Assembly (NCBI GenBank): GCA_020052955.1
Contig: JAGVOB010000137.1
Location: forward strand, 1 to 52,224
DNA length: 52,224 nucleotides
Reading direction: 5' to 3'
Source of the DNA: Candidatus Omnitrophota bacterium
GTDB taxonomy: Bacteria > Omnitrophota > Gorgyraeia > VGKN01
How positions within the stretch are numbered: position 1 is the first letter of the stretch; each line of letters opens with the position of its first letter. The position numbers and the translations under genes are program-made. Below are positions 18,438 to 27,610 of this stretch, one piece after another. Below the pieces are notes generated by a model. The model did no database searches. It was not told where the DNA came from and saw only the letters and a list, made by a program, of their open reading frames with translations.

Positions 18438-20795
18438 ATGACAACAATTCACTTAAAACCATTTCAGGAAAAAGCCATTTCAAGCCTAAGGAAGCAATTT
18501 TTAGAATTGTGGAAAACCAACAGGAAACAAATTTCCTTGATATTTAAATCACCAACAGGTAGTGGGAAGACCGTAATGGTTGCGCAATTTTTGAAAGACA
18601 TAAGTAATGACCCACAGTTCAGCGTAGATAAAGCATTTTTGTGGTTTAGTTTTAGCGAGGAATCATATGCTCAAAGCAAGAAGAAGCTTTTTGATTATTA
18701 CGGAGGTGCTAATGAGCTTAATCTTCTAGATCTAAACGACTTAAGTAAAGGCAAGCTTAGTACTAATAATGTTTTTTTCATCAATTGGCAAAAAATAAAA
18801 TCTTCCACAAAAGAAGGACGGATACTCCGTAATCCTACTGAATACACTAGCAGCGACTATGGTATTTTTGACGAGTTCATCAAAAGAACACAAGAAGAGA
18901 AAAGAGAATTGATCCTAATTATAGATGAAGCACACAGGGATACAGAAACTGAATTGGCAGATGAACTAATAGCACTAATTAATCCCAGAATTATTCTAAA
19001 GATAACAGCAACTCCTACGATAGAGCCAACAGCATCAGATGTCCTTCAAAAAAGAATGGGTTTTAATGAGGTCCTGCGAGAAGATGTTATTGAAGCTGGT
19101 TTAATAAAAGAAAAAATAGTTACCCAAACAAAAGAGGATTTGGATAAATTGGCACAAAAAGAGATTGATCAGGATTTAATTCTTTTAGAACTAGCGTTCA
19201 AGAAACGAATAGAATTAAAAAAGGCATATAAAGAGCTATGCTTGGAGATTAATCCAATAGTTCTTATTCAATTACCTAACGATGACCAAGCAAGAAAGGA
19301 AACACTAGATAAATCAAAACTGGACATAGTTAAAGATTTCTTAAAAAATAAAAATATTGATGAGCACGATATTGCTATCTGGCTATCAGAAAAAAAAGAA
19401 AACCTGGAAGAAATCGAGAAAAACGATTCTTTGGTTTCGTTCTTAATTTTCAAACAGGCTGCAGCAACAGGTTGGGATTGCCCACGAGCAGCAATCTTAG
19501 TAATGTTTAGAGAAATAAAAAGCCCAGTATTCCATACGCAAACGGTAGGCAGAATTTTAAGGATGCCTGAAGCAATTCATTATTCGAAACCGGAATTGAA
19601 CATAGGTTATTTATATACAAATTACGAAAGGAATCAAATACAGTTACCTGATAACAAACAAGGGCAGAACAAACCATTTATTTACGAAAGTAAGAGAAAG
19701 GCCGGAATAAATCCTATCATTCTTCAGTCTACTTTTATGCGAAGGACCGACTACAATGACTTAGGTGACTCTTTCCAGAATACATTTGGGGAAGTTGCGG
19801 ATACTTTTTTCAATGTAAAAGGAAAGGGATTCCTTGGGGATGCGAGAGAAAAAATCATTAAAAAGGGAATCGAGTTATTTAATGTGAAAGTTAAGAACAA
19901 ACTGATTGTAGATGCTGAGATTGAAGACTATGACAATTTTGTAAAAGAAATTAGAGAAAAAGGTGCCGATTTAAGCGAAGAAACATCAAGGAATGATATT
20001 GAAAGAATGTATAACTTGCTGTGTTTTAATATTATCGCAAAACAAGAAGAAGAAAATAAGAAATTTGCGCCAGAGAGATCTTGGGGAAAACTAAAGACTG
20101 CGCTTAATGTTTGGTTTGCTGAGAAGATACAAGAGAAAAGAATCACATACTATACGATAATAGTAAGCGATCTACTAAAACCAGATAGTGTTTTAAGAAA
20201 TGTTGTTGCCGAGGCATTGGAAAAATATAGACCAATCAGACAGGAGGAGGTTAAGACAAAAGAATCAAGAGCCAAAAGAACGGAAGTTTTGGATATTCCA
20301 AGGGATATATTGTTTTATACTGATGATTATGAAGAAATTAAGGGGCTAAAGAAGAATAGCATGTCTCCATTCTATATTGCTAAAAAATATGATGGGAAAA
20401 AGAATGAAACAGCGTTTATTGAGTATATAGAATCCAAACATATTGATTGGTGGTATAAAAATGGGAATTCTGGTAGCGAACATTTTTCGATACCCTATTA
20501 TGACGACATAGAAAAAAAGGAGAGGCTGTTTTATCCTGATTGGATAATAAAAATTAAAAGTACAATCGTAATATTAGACACGAAACAAGGATTGAGTGGA
20601 ACAGTTAACGCGCCAGACACTAAAAGAAAAGCTGAGATATTGCAAAAATGGATCAAAGAGCAGAATAAAAAAGGGACTAAAGTTAAAGGTGGTATAATCA
20701 CGAAGGTGTCTGAAATATGGAAAATAAACGATAACGACGAATACAGTGTAGATTCAAATTATACTACATGGAAAAATCTTGGTGAAATTTTTTAA
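18438..20795 (+). CDS. res: Type III restriction enzyme Res subunit (SF2 helicase plus C-terminal PD-(D/E)xK)
   Basis: Motif I FKSPTGSGKT; motif II LIIDEAHR; C-terminal YPDWIIKIKSTIVILDTKQG (PD...D-T-K). Confidence 0.8.
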   Translation: MTTIHLKPFQEKAISSLRKQFLELWKTNRKQISLIFKSPTGSGKTVMVAQFLKDISNDPQFSVDKAFLWFSFSEESYAQSKKKLFDYYGGANELNLLDLNDLSKGKLSTNNVFFINWQKIKSSTKEGRILRNPTEYTSSDYGIFDEFIKRTQEEKRELILIIDEAHRDTETELADELIALINPRIILKITATPTIEPTASDVLQKRMGFNEVLREDVIEAGLIKEKIVTQTKEDLDKLAQKEIDQDLILLELAFKKRIELKKAYKELCLEINPIVLIQLPNDDQARKETLDKSKLDIVKDFLKNKNIDEHDIAIWLSEKKENLEEIEKNDSLVSFLIFKQAAATGWDCPRAAILVMFREIKSPVFHTQTVGRILRMPEAIHYSKPELNIGYLYTNYERNQIQLPDNKQGQNKPFIYESKRKAGINPIILQSTFMRRTDYNDLGDSFQNTFGEVADTFFNVKGKGFLGDAREKIIKKGIELFNVKVKNKLIVDAEIEDYDNFVKEIREKGADLSEETSRNDIERMYNLLCFNIIAKQEEENKKFAPERSWGKLKTALNVWFAEKIQEKRITYYTIIVSDLLKPDSVLRNVVAEALEKYRPIRQEEVKTKESRAKRTEVLDIPRDILFYTDDYEEIKGLKKNSMSPFYIAKKYDGKKNETAFIEYIESKHIDWWYKNGNSGSEHFSIPYYDDIEKKERLFYPDWIIKIKSTIVILDTKQGLSGTVNAPDTKRKAEILQKWIKEQNKKGTKVKGGIITKVSEIWKINDNDEYSVDSNYTTWKNLGEIF

Positions 20796-20875
20796 GCGTC
20801 TGAAGAATTGGAGGAGAAATAAAATCCTATTGATATTTAAGTATTATTTAATGTATATTCCCTTATATAAATAAA

Positions 20876-20912
20876 ACAGTCACCTTTCGGGATGAAAGAT
20901 GACTGTTTTTTT
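20876..20912 (+). terminator. Rho-independent terminator of the mod-res operon
   Basis: acagtcacctttc-ggga-tgaaagatgactgt imperfect stem, followed by a T-run (20907-20912). Confidence 0.6.
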
Positions 20913-21191
20913 ATCTAACTTTCACGTCTTTTATTATCTATAAAATACCTCCTAATCCTTATCTTGTCAAGGATTATTTTCAGGATTATCAATAAAAGTC
21001 AGTCCATTCAAGAATTATCCAAAAAATTTATAAACTCCCATGTTTTATCATCGCTAAAACAGCCTTAACCTCAATAACTTCAAGGCATAACAGCCAATTT
21101 TAACGCATCACAAACAGGCATACTTCATCCCGAAGTGTGTCTTTTGGTGCTATAATTGAGTAAAAAGGAGGCTTGAGTATGTTTAAAAAAA

Positions 21192-21815
21192 ATGACGCGC
21201 ACAAAAAGGCAAAAATGGGAGTTAGATGAAAGCAAGTTCCTTACAAGGAATGAGGTAAAAAGATTAAGACGTATTTGTAGACGTAGAAGCAAAGTTCATA
21301 AGGTAGGAGTTAGGGATTTTTTAATTATTGATTTAGGACTATATTGTGGGCTGAGAGTGCAGGAAATAGCAGATTTAAAAGTGGGAGATATTCTGATAAG
21401 CGATGAGCGGTCGTCATTAATAGTCCGCAATGGAAAGGGTGGCAAAAGACGGGTTGTTCGTTTCAATGGGGAATTCAAGAAACACTTTAAGGATTATTTA
21501 AATTGGAAAGTGGCAAATAAGGAATGGGTTAAAGAGGAAGACCCATTAATTATTTCAAGTAATACAGGAGGACATTTAAGTAAAAGGGCCGTACAGCGTG
21601 CTTTTGAACGTTGCTCAAGACTGGCAGGAATAGATGGACATAGTTCGCACCATTTAAGACACACATTTGCCTGCCATTTCTACAAGGCTAGTGGATATAA
21701 CCTTAGGGCCGTGCAAAAGCAGCTAGGACACTCAAATGTTAAAACCACCCAGATTTATGCTGACGTATTTAATGAAGATGTGGAGCTAGCACTGGAGAAA
21801 TTGTATATGAATTGA
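21192..21815 (+). CDS. Small tyrosine recombinase (catalytic domain only, Xer/invertase-like)
   Basis: GLRVQEIADLKVGD (Arg I), HHLRHTFACH (H-x-x-R), LGHSNVKTTQIYA (His/Tyr). Confidence 0.8.
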   Translation: MTRTKRQKWELDESKFLTRNEVKRLRRICRRRSKVHKVGVRDFLIIDLGLYCGLRVQEIADLKVGDILISDERSSLIVRNGKGGKRRVVRFNGEFKKHFKDYLNWKVANKEWVKEEDPLIISSNTGGHLSKRAVQRAFERCSRLAGIDGHSSHHLRHTFACHFYKASGYNLRAVQKQLGHSNVKTTQIYADVFNEDVELALEKLYMN

Positions 21816-21868
21816 AACTATGAGAGAAAAACCAAAAGGTCTTTTTCCCTTAAGAGATAGATAATTTC

Positions 21869-21970
21869 TAACTGCACAGTAAGGGGGTAAAGACTGCACA
21901 AACTATGCCGTCCTGAGAAGATCGGGATGGCTAAGGGGCGGCAGTTTTGCTCGGATTAACTGTGCAGTTA
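21869..21970. repeat. Perfect 12-bp inverted repeat enclosing 78 bp between the recombinase and the first lipoprotein gene
   Basis: taactgcacagt (21869-21880) versus actgtgcagtta (21959-21970). A third partial copy actgcaca lies at 21893-21900. Confidence 0.6.
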
Positions 21971-22066
21971 CCGGGATGAGATTTGCTTAGCCCCTTTTTT
22001 GTTGGGGAGAGAAAGAGAGTTCTGAATGGATTGTTTAATGTTAATTTTAGAGAAAGGAGACATCCT

Positions 22067-24322
22067 ATGAGAACGTGGAAAATATGGGTTGTGATTCTGA
22101 TGTCGGTAATAATAATTACAGGTTATGGTGGATTCTGCAAGAAGGATGATAAGAATAAAGATACTATCGCCGGGAGTAGCGCACCTGCTCCAATTACTGT
22201 TAAACAAGCAATGACCGATCCAAATGGTGAAGCATATTTTACAGATAATTCAACTGGTGCGCCTGTAATAATAAAACCTCAAGATAGTGATACTCTGTTA
22301 CCTCTCGCAGGTATTAGCGTTACATTTTATGATGGTGATGGGTCAGAAATCTTTATGTTGAGTGACCCTACTAAAAACTATCTTCCTTCTATGGGCGTCT
22401 ATACCAGCAATTCTGAACATATTATAAAAATGGGAAAAGTGAGCGGAGGCGCTTATCCGGGTACCTATTATGTAGCACGTATTGATGATGAAGAAAGAGG
22501 GAGTGCCTTATGGAGTTGGGAAAATGCGAACCATATGGGGCACAAAGATATTACTTATATAAAAACAATTAATTATAATGAGACCCAAGAGATTTATGAA
22601 AGAACTGAGACAATAATCAAAGTGTGTTGGATAGTGACCGGGAAAGTGGTTACCTGGCTTTTTGGAATAAACATTCCTTTTTCCCCAGTTGACCTTATCA
22701 ATACAATCGCTCCAGAAGACCCAAATCCTCCCCAGCGATGGGATATGTACACTACTCAAGAATCTGGGGGAACTTCATATACGCATCTTATTCCAAGCAA
22801 TGTCCCTGAAGTATCAATAACTTCTTTGACTGTAGATGGTGCTAATATATCTGTCTTATGGCAGGGTACTGATAGAACTACTTACCCTGATGATCTTTAC
22901 TATACTAAACCCGTGCCTGATAGAGAGGACCTTACGGTCGCCCTGGGTCCAACTGGTAATCCCGACATTATGTATAGTTATAGAATAACAAACACTTCAA
23001 CTGGAAACGTATATTTTGATTGGACAACATGGGAATTGAGTAAAATTTCTGTCGAAATATTTTCTATACCCTATGGAAATTACCGCTTTGAGGTAAAAGC
23101 ACAAGATGAGGTAGAAAATGTATCAAATATAGAATTACAAAATTTCTCGGTCACAACCGAAACCATAAGTACTTCAAATCAACCAACCGGCATAACTTCG
23201 GGTGATATTGGTACAAGTTACGATTATTCTACGGGCGGTTCATCTTCTAATTTAGAACATACAGTACAGTATCAATTTGACTGGAAGGGGGATGGAACTG
23301 ATCTTTCTGTCTGGGGCTCTGCCACACAATCAAAAACATGGTTTTCGGGTGGCACTTATTCTGTCCGGGCAAGGGCTCGTTGTACCACTCATACCACAGT
23401 CGTTTCTGATTGGTCGTCAGGACTATCGGTTACTATATCGTCTCCACCAGCTGTGGATGACTACGTCTGGGTTGCAAATTGGGGTAATGGTACTGGTAAT
23501 ACTGTCACCCGCATCAAGAAATCAGATTTAAGCACAACCGCGATTACAGTAGGAACTGGTCCATTTGGAATTGCGGTAGATGAGACTTATTGCTGGGTGA
23601 CAAATAATAATTCTAATAATGTCACACGCATCACGAAGTCCACATTAGCCACGACCAATATTACAGTGGGAGGTAACCCCAATGGAATCGCGGTAGACCA
23701 GACCTATTGCTGGGTAGCAAATAAGGGTTCTAATAATGTTACACGCATAACGAAGTCTACGTTAGCCACAACTAACATTACAGTGGGAAGTTACCCTGTT
23801 GGAATCGCAGTAGATGCAACCTATGTCTGGGTGGCAAATTGGGGTTCTGATAATGTCACCCGCATCAAAAAATCAGATCTAACCACAACCCAGATTGGTG
23901 TGGGAAGTAACCCCGAAGGAGTCGCGGTAGATGAGACCTATGTCTGGGTAATAAATGTTGTTTCTGTTGGTACTGTTACTCGCATCAAAAAATCTGATTT
24001 AACCACAAACCAGATTGCTGTGGGAAGTTGGCCCATGGGAGTCGCGGTAGATGAAACCTATTGCTGGGTAACAAATGGTAATTCTAATAATGTTACTCGC
24101 ATCAAGAAATCAGATTTAAGTACGACTACGATTGCAGTAGGAACTTGGCCCTATGGGATTGCTGTAGATACGACTTATGTCTGGGTGGCAAATGCTAATT
24201 CTAACAATGTCACCCGCATCACGAAATCAAATTCTGCCACGACCAATATCACGGTGGGAACGGTTCCCGATTCGATTGGAGATATGACCGGTTATGCCTA
24301 TGATAATTACAGTAACCAATAA
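22067..24322 (+). CDS. Lipoprotein with a C-terminal array of ~40-aa YVTN-type beta-propeller repeats
   Basis: Start re-set to MRTWKIWVVILMSVIIITGYGGFC (lipobox Cys) behind AAGGAG. It carries about 8 repeats of VG..P.GIAVD.TY.WV.N..SNNVTRI.KS.L.TT.I. Confidence 0.75.
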   Translation: MRTWKIWVVILMSVIIITGYGGFCKKDDKNKDTIAGSSAPAPITVKQAMTDPNGEAYFTDNSTGAPVIIKPQDSDTLLPLAGISVTFYDGDGSEIFMLSDPTKNYLPSMGVYTSNSEHIIKMGKVSGGAYPGTYYVARIDDEERGSALWSWENANHMGHKDITYIKTINYNETQEIYERTETIIKVCWIVTGKVVTWLFGINIPFSPVDLINTIAPEDPNPPQRWDMYTTQESGGTSYTHLIPSNVPEVSITSLTVDGANISVLWQGTDRTTYPDDLYYTKPVPDREDLTVALGPTGNPDIMYSYRITNTSTGNVYFDWTTWELSKISVEIFSIPYGNYRFEVKAQDEVENVSNIELQNFSVTTETISTSNQPTGITSGDIGTSYDYSTGGSSSNLEHTVQYQFDWKGDGTDLSVWGSATQSKTWFSGGTYSVRARARCTTHTTVVSDWSSGLSVTISSPPAVDDYVWVANWGNGTGNTVTRIKKSDLSTTAITVGTGPFGIAVDETYCWVTNNNSNNVTRITKSTLATTNITVGGNPNGIAVDQTYCWVANKGSNNVTRITKSTLATTNITVGSYPVGIAVDATYVWVANWGSDNVTRIKKSDLTTTQIGVGSNPEGVAVDETYVWVINVVSVGTVTRIKKSDLTTNQIAVGSWPMGVAVDETYCWVTNGNSNNVTRIKKSDLSTTTIAVGTWPYGIAVDTTYVWVANANSNNVTRITKSNSATTNITVGTVPDSIGDMTGYAYDNYSNQ

Positions 24323-24367
24323 AAAGTAATGGAAAAACATAATTCCTATGAAAAAAGGAGATGTTAT

Positions 24368-26215
24368 ATGATAAACACAAAATGGCTTAGAATAGGAATG
24401 ATTTGCCTCTTAATGGGTATTATGATGCTGGGTTTCGGCGGATTATGCAGTAAAGAAGGTGGTAATAAGGATACCACCAGTGGTAGTAGTGAACCAACAC
24501 CTCCTTCTCCCGTTACCATATCTAATCCAGTTGATGGAACAACTAATGTTTCAATTTCTGAATCATTAAGTTGGGGTTCTGCCGCAGGAGCAACATCTTA
24601 TGATGTTTATTTCAGTGTTAATATCCCCCCAATAACTCTCGTGTTTAAAACAAATACCTCTGGAATAAATTATAACCCGGGTCCTCTTGATTATAACACC
24701 ACTTATTGGTGGCGGATAGATTCCGTGAATAGTGCCGGTTCGACCACTGGTAATGTCTGGAGTTTCCAGACTGAAACCGCACCCACTACACCACCTTCAG
24801 CCCCCTCGGGTGTTTATGCTTCTGCGGGCAATCAACAAGTTACTGTAAGTTGGAATAACGTCTCCGGCGCAACTTCTTACAACATTTATTGGTCAACTGT
24901 TTCAGGCGTGACAAAAGCAACCGGTACAAAGATTAGTGGTGTTACCGGTCCTTATGTTCATACCGGCAGAACCAACGGCACTACTTACTATTATGTAGTT
25001 ACTGCTGTAAATAGTTACGGTGAGAGCAGTGAATCATCTCAGGTATCGGCAACGCCTGATACAATCCCCTCAGCACCATCAGGTGTTTCTGCTACTGCTG
25101 GCAATACTCAAGTTACTATAAATTGGAACAATGTTTCTGGTGCAACCTCTTATAATGTCTATTGGTCAACTACTTCAGGTGTAACAAAAGCGACAGGTAC
25201 AAAGATTAGCGGCGTTACCAGTCCCTATGTTCATACCGGCAGAACCAACGGCACTACTTACTATTATGTAGTTACTGCTGTAAATAGTTACGGTGAGAGC
25301 AGTGAATCATCTCAGGTATCTGCCATACCCACCGCAGGAGGCGGAACTGCCGTGGATGACTATGTCTGGGTGACAAATCAAGAGTCTGACAATGTTACTC
25401 GTATCAAAAAATCTGATTTAACTAAAACTACAATCGCTGTGGGAGATTGGCCCATGGGAGTCGCGGTAGATGAAACATATTGCTGGGTGACAAATTGGGG
25501 TAGTGGTAGTGGGAATACTGTCACCCGCATCAAAAAATCAGATTTAAGCACAACCACGATTACAGTAGGAACTGGTCCATTAGGAATTGCGGTAGATGAG
25601 ACCTATTGCTGGGTGGCAAATCAGTTGTCTGGTAATGTTACCCGCCTCAAGAAATCAGATTTAAGCACGACTACGATTACTGTGGGAACTGCTCCCACTG
25701 GAGTAGCGATCGATGTCACCTATGTCTGGGTGGCAAATGCGAGTTCTGCTAATGTTACTCGTATCAAGAAATCTGATTCCAGTAAAACCACTATTTCAGT
25801 AGGGCCAGATCCTATTGGAGTCGCAGCAGATGCTACCTATGTCTGGGTAGCAAACAGTGATACTGATAACGTCACCCGCATTAAGAAATCAGATTTAAGT
25901 ACAACCACGATTACTGTGGGAACTTGGCCCTATGGGGTCGCGGTAGATTCAAACTATATTTGGGTAACAAATATGGGTTCTGATACTGTTACCCGCATTC
26001 TGAAATCTGATTCCAGCACGACTACTATTAATGTGGGAACTAGCCCAATTGGAGTCGCGGTAGATGCTACCTATTGCTGGGTAGCAAACTCAAATCCTGA
26101 TTATGTCACTCGTATCCTGAAATCTGATTCCAGTAAGACGACGATATCGGTAGGACCTGCCCCATTTGCGCTGGGTGATATGACCGGTTATGCCTATGAT
26201 AATATTCCCCAATAA
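24368..26215 (+). CDS. Paralogous lipoprotein: FN3-like domains (two near-identical) plus a YVTN beta-propeller repeat array
   Basis: Start re-set to MINTKWLRIGMICLLMGIMMLGFGGLC behind AAGGAG. FN3-like units read PSAPSGV.A.AGN.QVT..WNNVSGATSYN.YWST.SGVTKATGTKISGVT.PYVHTGRTNGTTYYYVVTAVNSYGESS. It shares the C-terminal GDMTGYAYDN with the preceding gene. Confidence 0.75.
   Translation: MINTKWLRIGMICLLMGIMMLGFGGLCSKEGGNKDTTSGSSEPTPPSPVTISNPVDGTTNVSISESLSWGSAAGATSYDVYFSVNIPPITLVFKTNTSGINYNPGPLDYNTTYWWRIDSVNSAGSTTGNVWSFQTETAPTTPPSAPSGVYASAGNQQVTVSWNNVSGATSYNIYWSTVSGVTKATGTKISGVTGPYVHTGRTNGTTYYYVVTAVNSYGESSESSQVSATPDTIPSAPSGVSATAGNTQVTINWNNVSGATSYNVYWSTTSGVTKATGTKISGVTSPYVHTGRTNGTTYYYVVTAVNSYGESSESSQVSAIPTAGGGTAVDDYVWVTNQESDNVTRIKKSDLTKTTIAVGDWPMGVAVDETYCWVTNWGSGSGNTVTRIKKSDLSTTTITVGTGPLGIAVDETYCWVANQLSGNVTRLKKSDLSTTTITVGTAPTGVAIDVTYVWVANASSANVTRIKKSDSSKTTISVGPDPIGVAADATYVWVANSDTDNVTRIKKSDLSTTTITVGTWPYGVAVDSNYIWVTNMGSDTVTRILKSDSSTTTINVGTSPIGVAVDATYCWVANSNPDYVTRILKSDSSKTTISVGPAPFALGDMTGYAYDNIPQ
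24794..25339 (+). repeat. 273-bp tandem duplication (two FN3 units) inside the lipoprotein gene
   Basis: The period of 273 nt comes from aligned landmarks (tcagc at 24797 and 25070). About 97 nt read identical by eye at 24953-25049 and 25226-25322. Confidence 0.8.
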
Positions 26216-26367
26216 GTTGGGGCAAAGAATCAATTTAGAAAATGTCTAAAATAGGCATCTGAGGTATTAGAAAAAGCGGTTTATAAACATTGAATATTGA
26301 AAACTATACGGAACTGGACCCGTAGTTTAATTTGACATTTTATAGTCAATAAAATAATAATACTAAC

Positions 26368-26748
26368 ATGGCTGACGAAAAACCTAAGATAACGGTTTTA
26401 GACGACGATGCAGCAATCGGCGACTTGTTAACGAAGTATTTGACTAAAAGAAATTATGCAGTCGCAAGTTTTGTAAGCGCTAAACAAGCATTAAAATACA
26501 TAGAAAACAATCCGGTTAATTTAATGATAGTTGATGTGAATATGCCTGAAATGAACGGATTTGAGGTAACCAAAGCAGTTAAAACATTGAAGCCCAATTT
26601 ACCCATTATGATTATGAGCAGTGATTGTCTCCAAGAAAGAAAGGATGAGATGGCTAAATTGGGCATCTGTGATTATATCCAAAAGCCTTTTAATCTAAAT
26701 TATCTGGAAAACAGAATCGCTTTAAATCAATCTGTCAATCATCGTTAA
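26368..26748 (+). CDS. Stand-alone response-regulator receiver (CheY-like) domain
   Basis: ITVLDDDAAIGDLL...LMIVDVNMPEMNGFEV...DYIQKPF: acidic pocket, phospho-acceptor Asp and conserved Lys. Confidence 0.8.
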   Translation: MADEKPKITVLDDDAAIGDLLTKYLTKRNYAVASFVSAKQALKYIENNPVNLMIVDVNMPEMNGFEVTKAVKTLKPNLPIMIMSSDCLQERKDEMAKLGICDYIQKPFNLNYLENRIALNQSVNHR

Positions 26749-27217
26749 AGCTTCCTGAGTCCGCCAAACTCGTATAAGAATTTTCTCCGATTATAATGTG
26801 GTCAAGAACTTGAATATCTAACAATTTCCCGCACTCTCTTAATCTCTGGCTAATCTCAATATCCTCTCGGCTTGGCGTGCTATCGCCCGATGGATGATTG
26901 TGAGTAAGGATAATTGAGGCCGCATTGCCTACGATAGCTGGCTTGAAAACTTCACGAGGACAAACTATTGAGGCTGTAAGAGTTCCTACGCTCACCACAT
27001 TTATTCCCGTCATCCTACTCCTGGCGTCCAGAATCAATACGACAAAATATTCACGATCAGCCTCAAATAAACCTTTGAAAATTTGATAGACGTTTTCGGA
27101 ACACTTGAATATCGGATATCTTTTCAATTCGTGTTCTCTGACCAGCGAGACGTAAACATTTAGTTTACTGAATTTCTTATCTATTTTTAAGCCATTAAGT
27201 CCGAGTAAGTCTTCCAT
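26735..27217 (-). CDS. radC: RadC-like JAB/MPN domain protein
   Basis: Start re-set to MEDLLGLNG behind AAGGAGG. JAMM motif ILTHNHPSGDSTPSREDI. Its 3' end overlaps the convergent receiver gene by 14 nt. Confidence 0.8.
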   Translation of the reverse strand: MEDLLGLNGLKIDKKFSKLNVYVSLVREHELKRYPIFKCSENVYQIFKGLFEADREYFVVLILDARSRMTGINVVSVGTLTASIVCPREVFKPAIVGNAASIILTHNHPSGDSTPSREDIEISQRLRECGKLLDIQVLDHIIIGENSYTSLADSGSFNDD

Positions 27218-27332
27218 AAAAATCCTCCTTAAGAAGTGAAGGAGACAGCCAAGATAATAGTATCTCAACTGCCTCCTTTATGGTTAGAAGCGGCTACTTT
27301 GATGTGAAGTGTCTTGGAAGGATGGAAAAAGG

Positions 27333-27548
27333 CTAATTCCCTTTCACTCCTCCTTGTTTGACCCACTCAATTTCGTCATCAGCCCGAACGACGGTTTGCA
27401 TATCGCTTATCTCATTAGAGTTCAGCAATACTCTCATATCATCCGAGATATTGAGCGCTTGGCGTAACCCATTCCTAGCATCGGAGATTGCTCTCCCGTC
27501 GAATGTGGTAACGTCCGTTTCGTTACACCCGCAAATAAACTTTGCCAT
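27333..27548 (-). CDS. Small ubiquitin-like (beta-grasp, PRTRC-C/BilA-like) protein with an internal Gly-Gly near the C-terminus
   Basis: 71 aa ending ...EWVKQGGVKGN. Assignment rests on size, position after the E1 gene and the GG plus 4-residue tail. SD AAGGGGGTGA. Confidence 0.55.
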   Translation of the reverse strand: MAKFICGCNETDVTTFDGRAISDARNGLRQALNISDDMRVLLNSNEISDMQTVVRADDEIEWVKQGGVKGN

Positions 27549-27610
27549 CTGTTATCACCCCCTTTCAAATTAGGCGTTAGAGTTTTAATAAGATGTGATG
27601 ATGGACAGGA

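Noticed and set aside
21983-22066. N-terminal extensions of both lipoprotein ORFs (21983-22066 and 24329-24367)
   Set aside because: In both genes an internal ATG is preceded by AAGGAG and starts a canonical signal peptide with a lipobox Cys. The extensions lack SDs.
23277-23531. Alternative-frame and antisense ORFs within the repeat lipoprotein genes (22508-22759, 23277-23531)
   Set aside because: They are embedded in a clearly coding repeat array whose periodic protein repeat is present only in the annotated frame.
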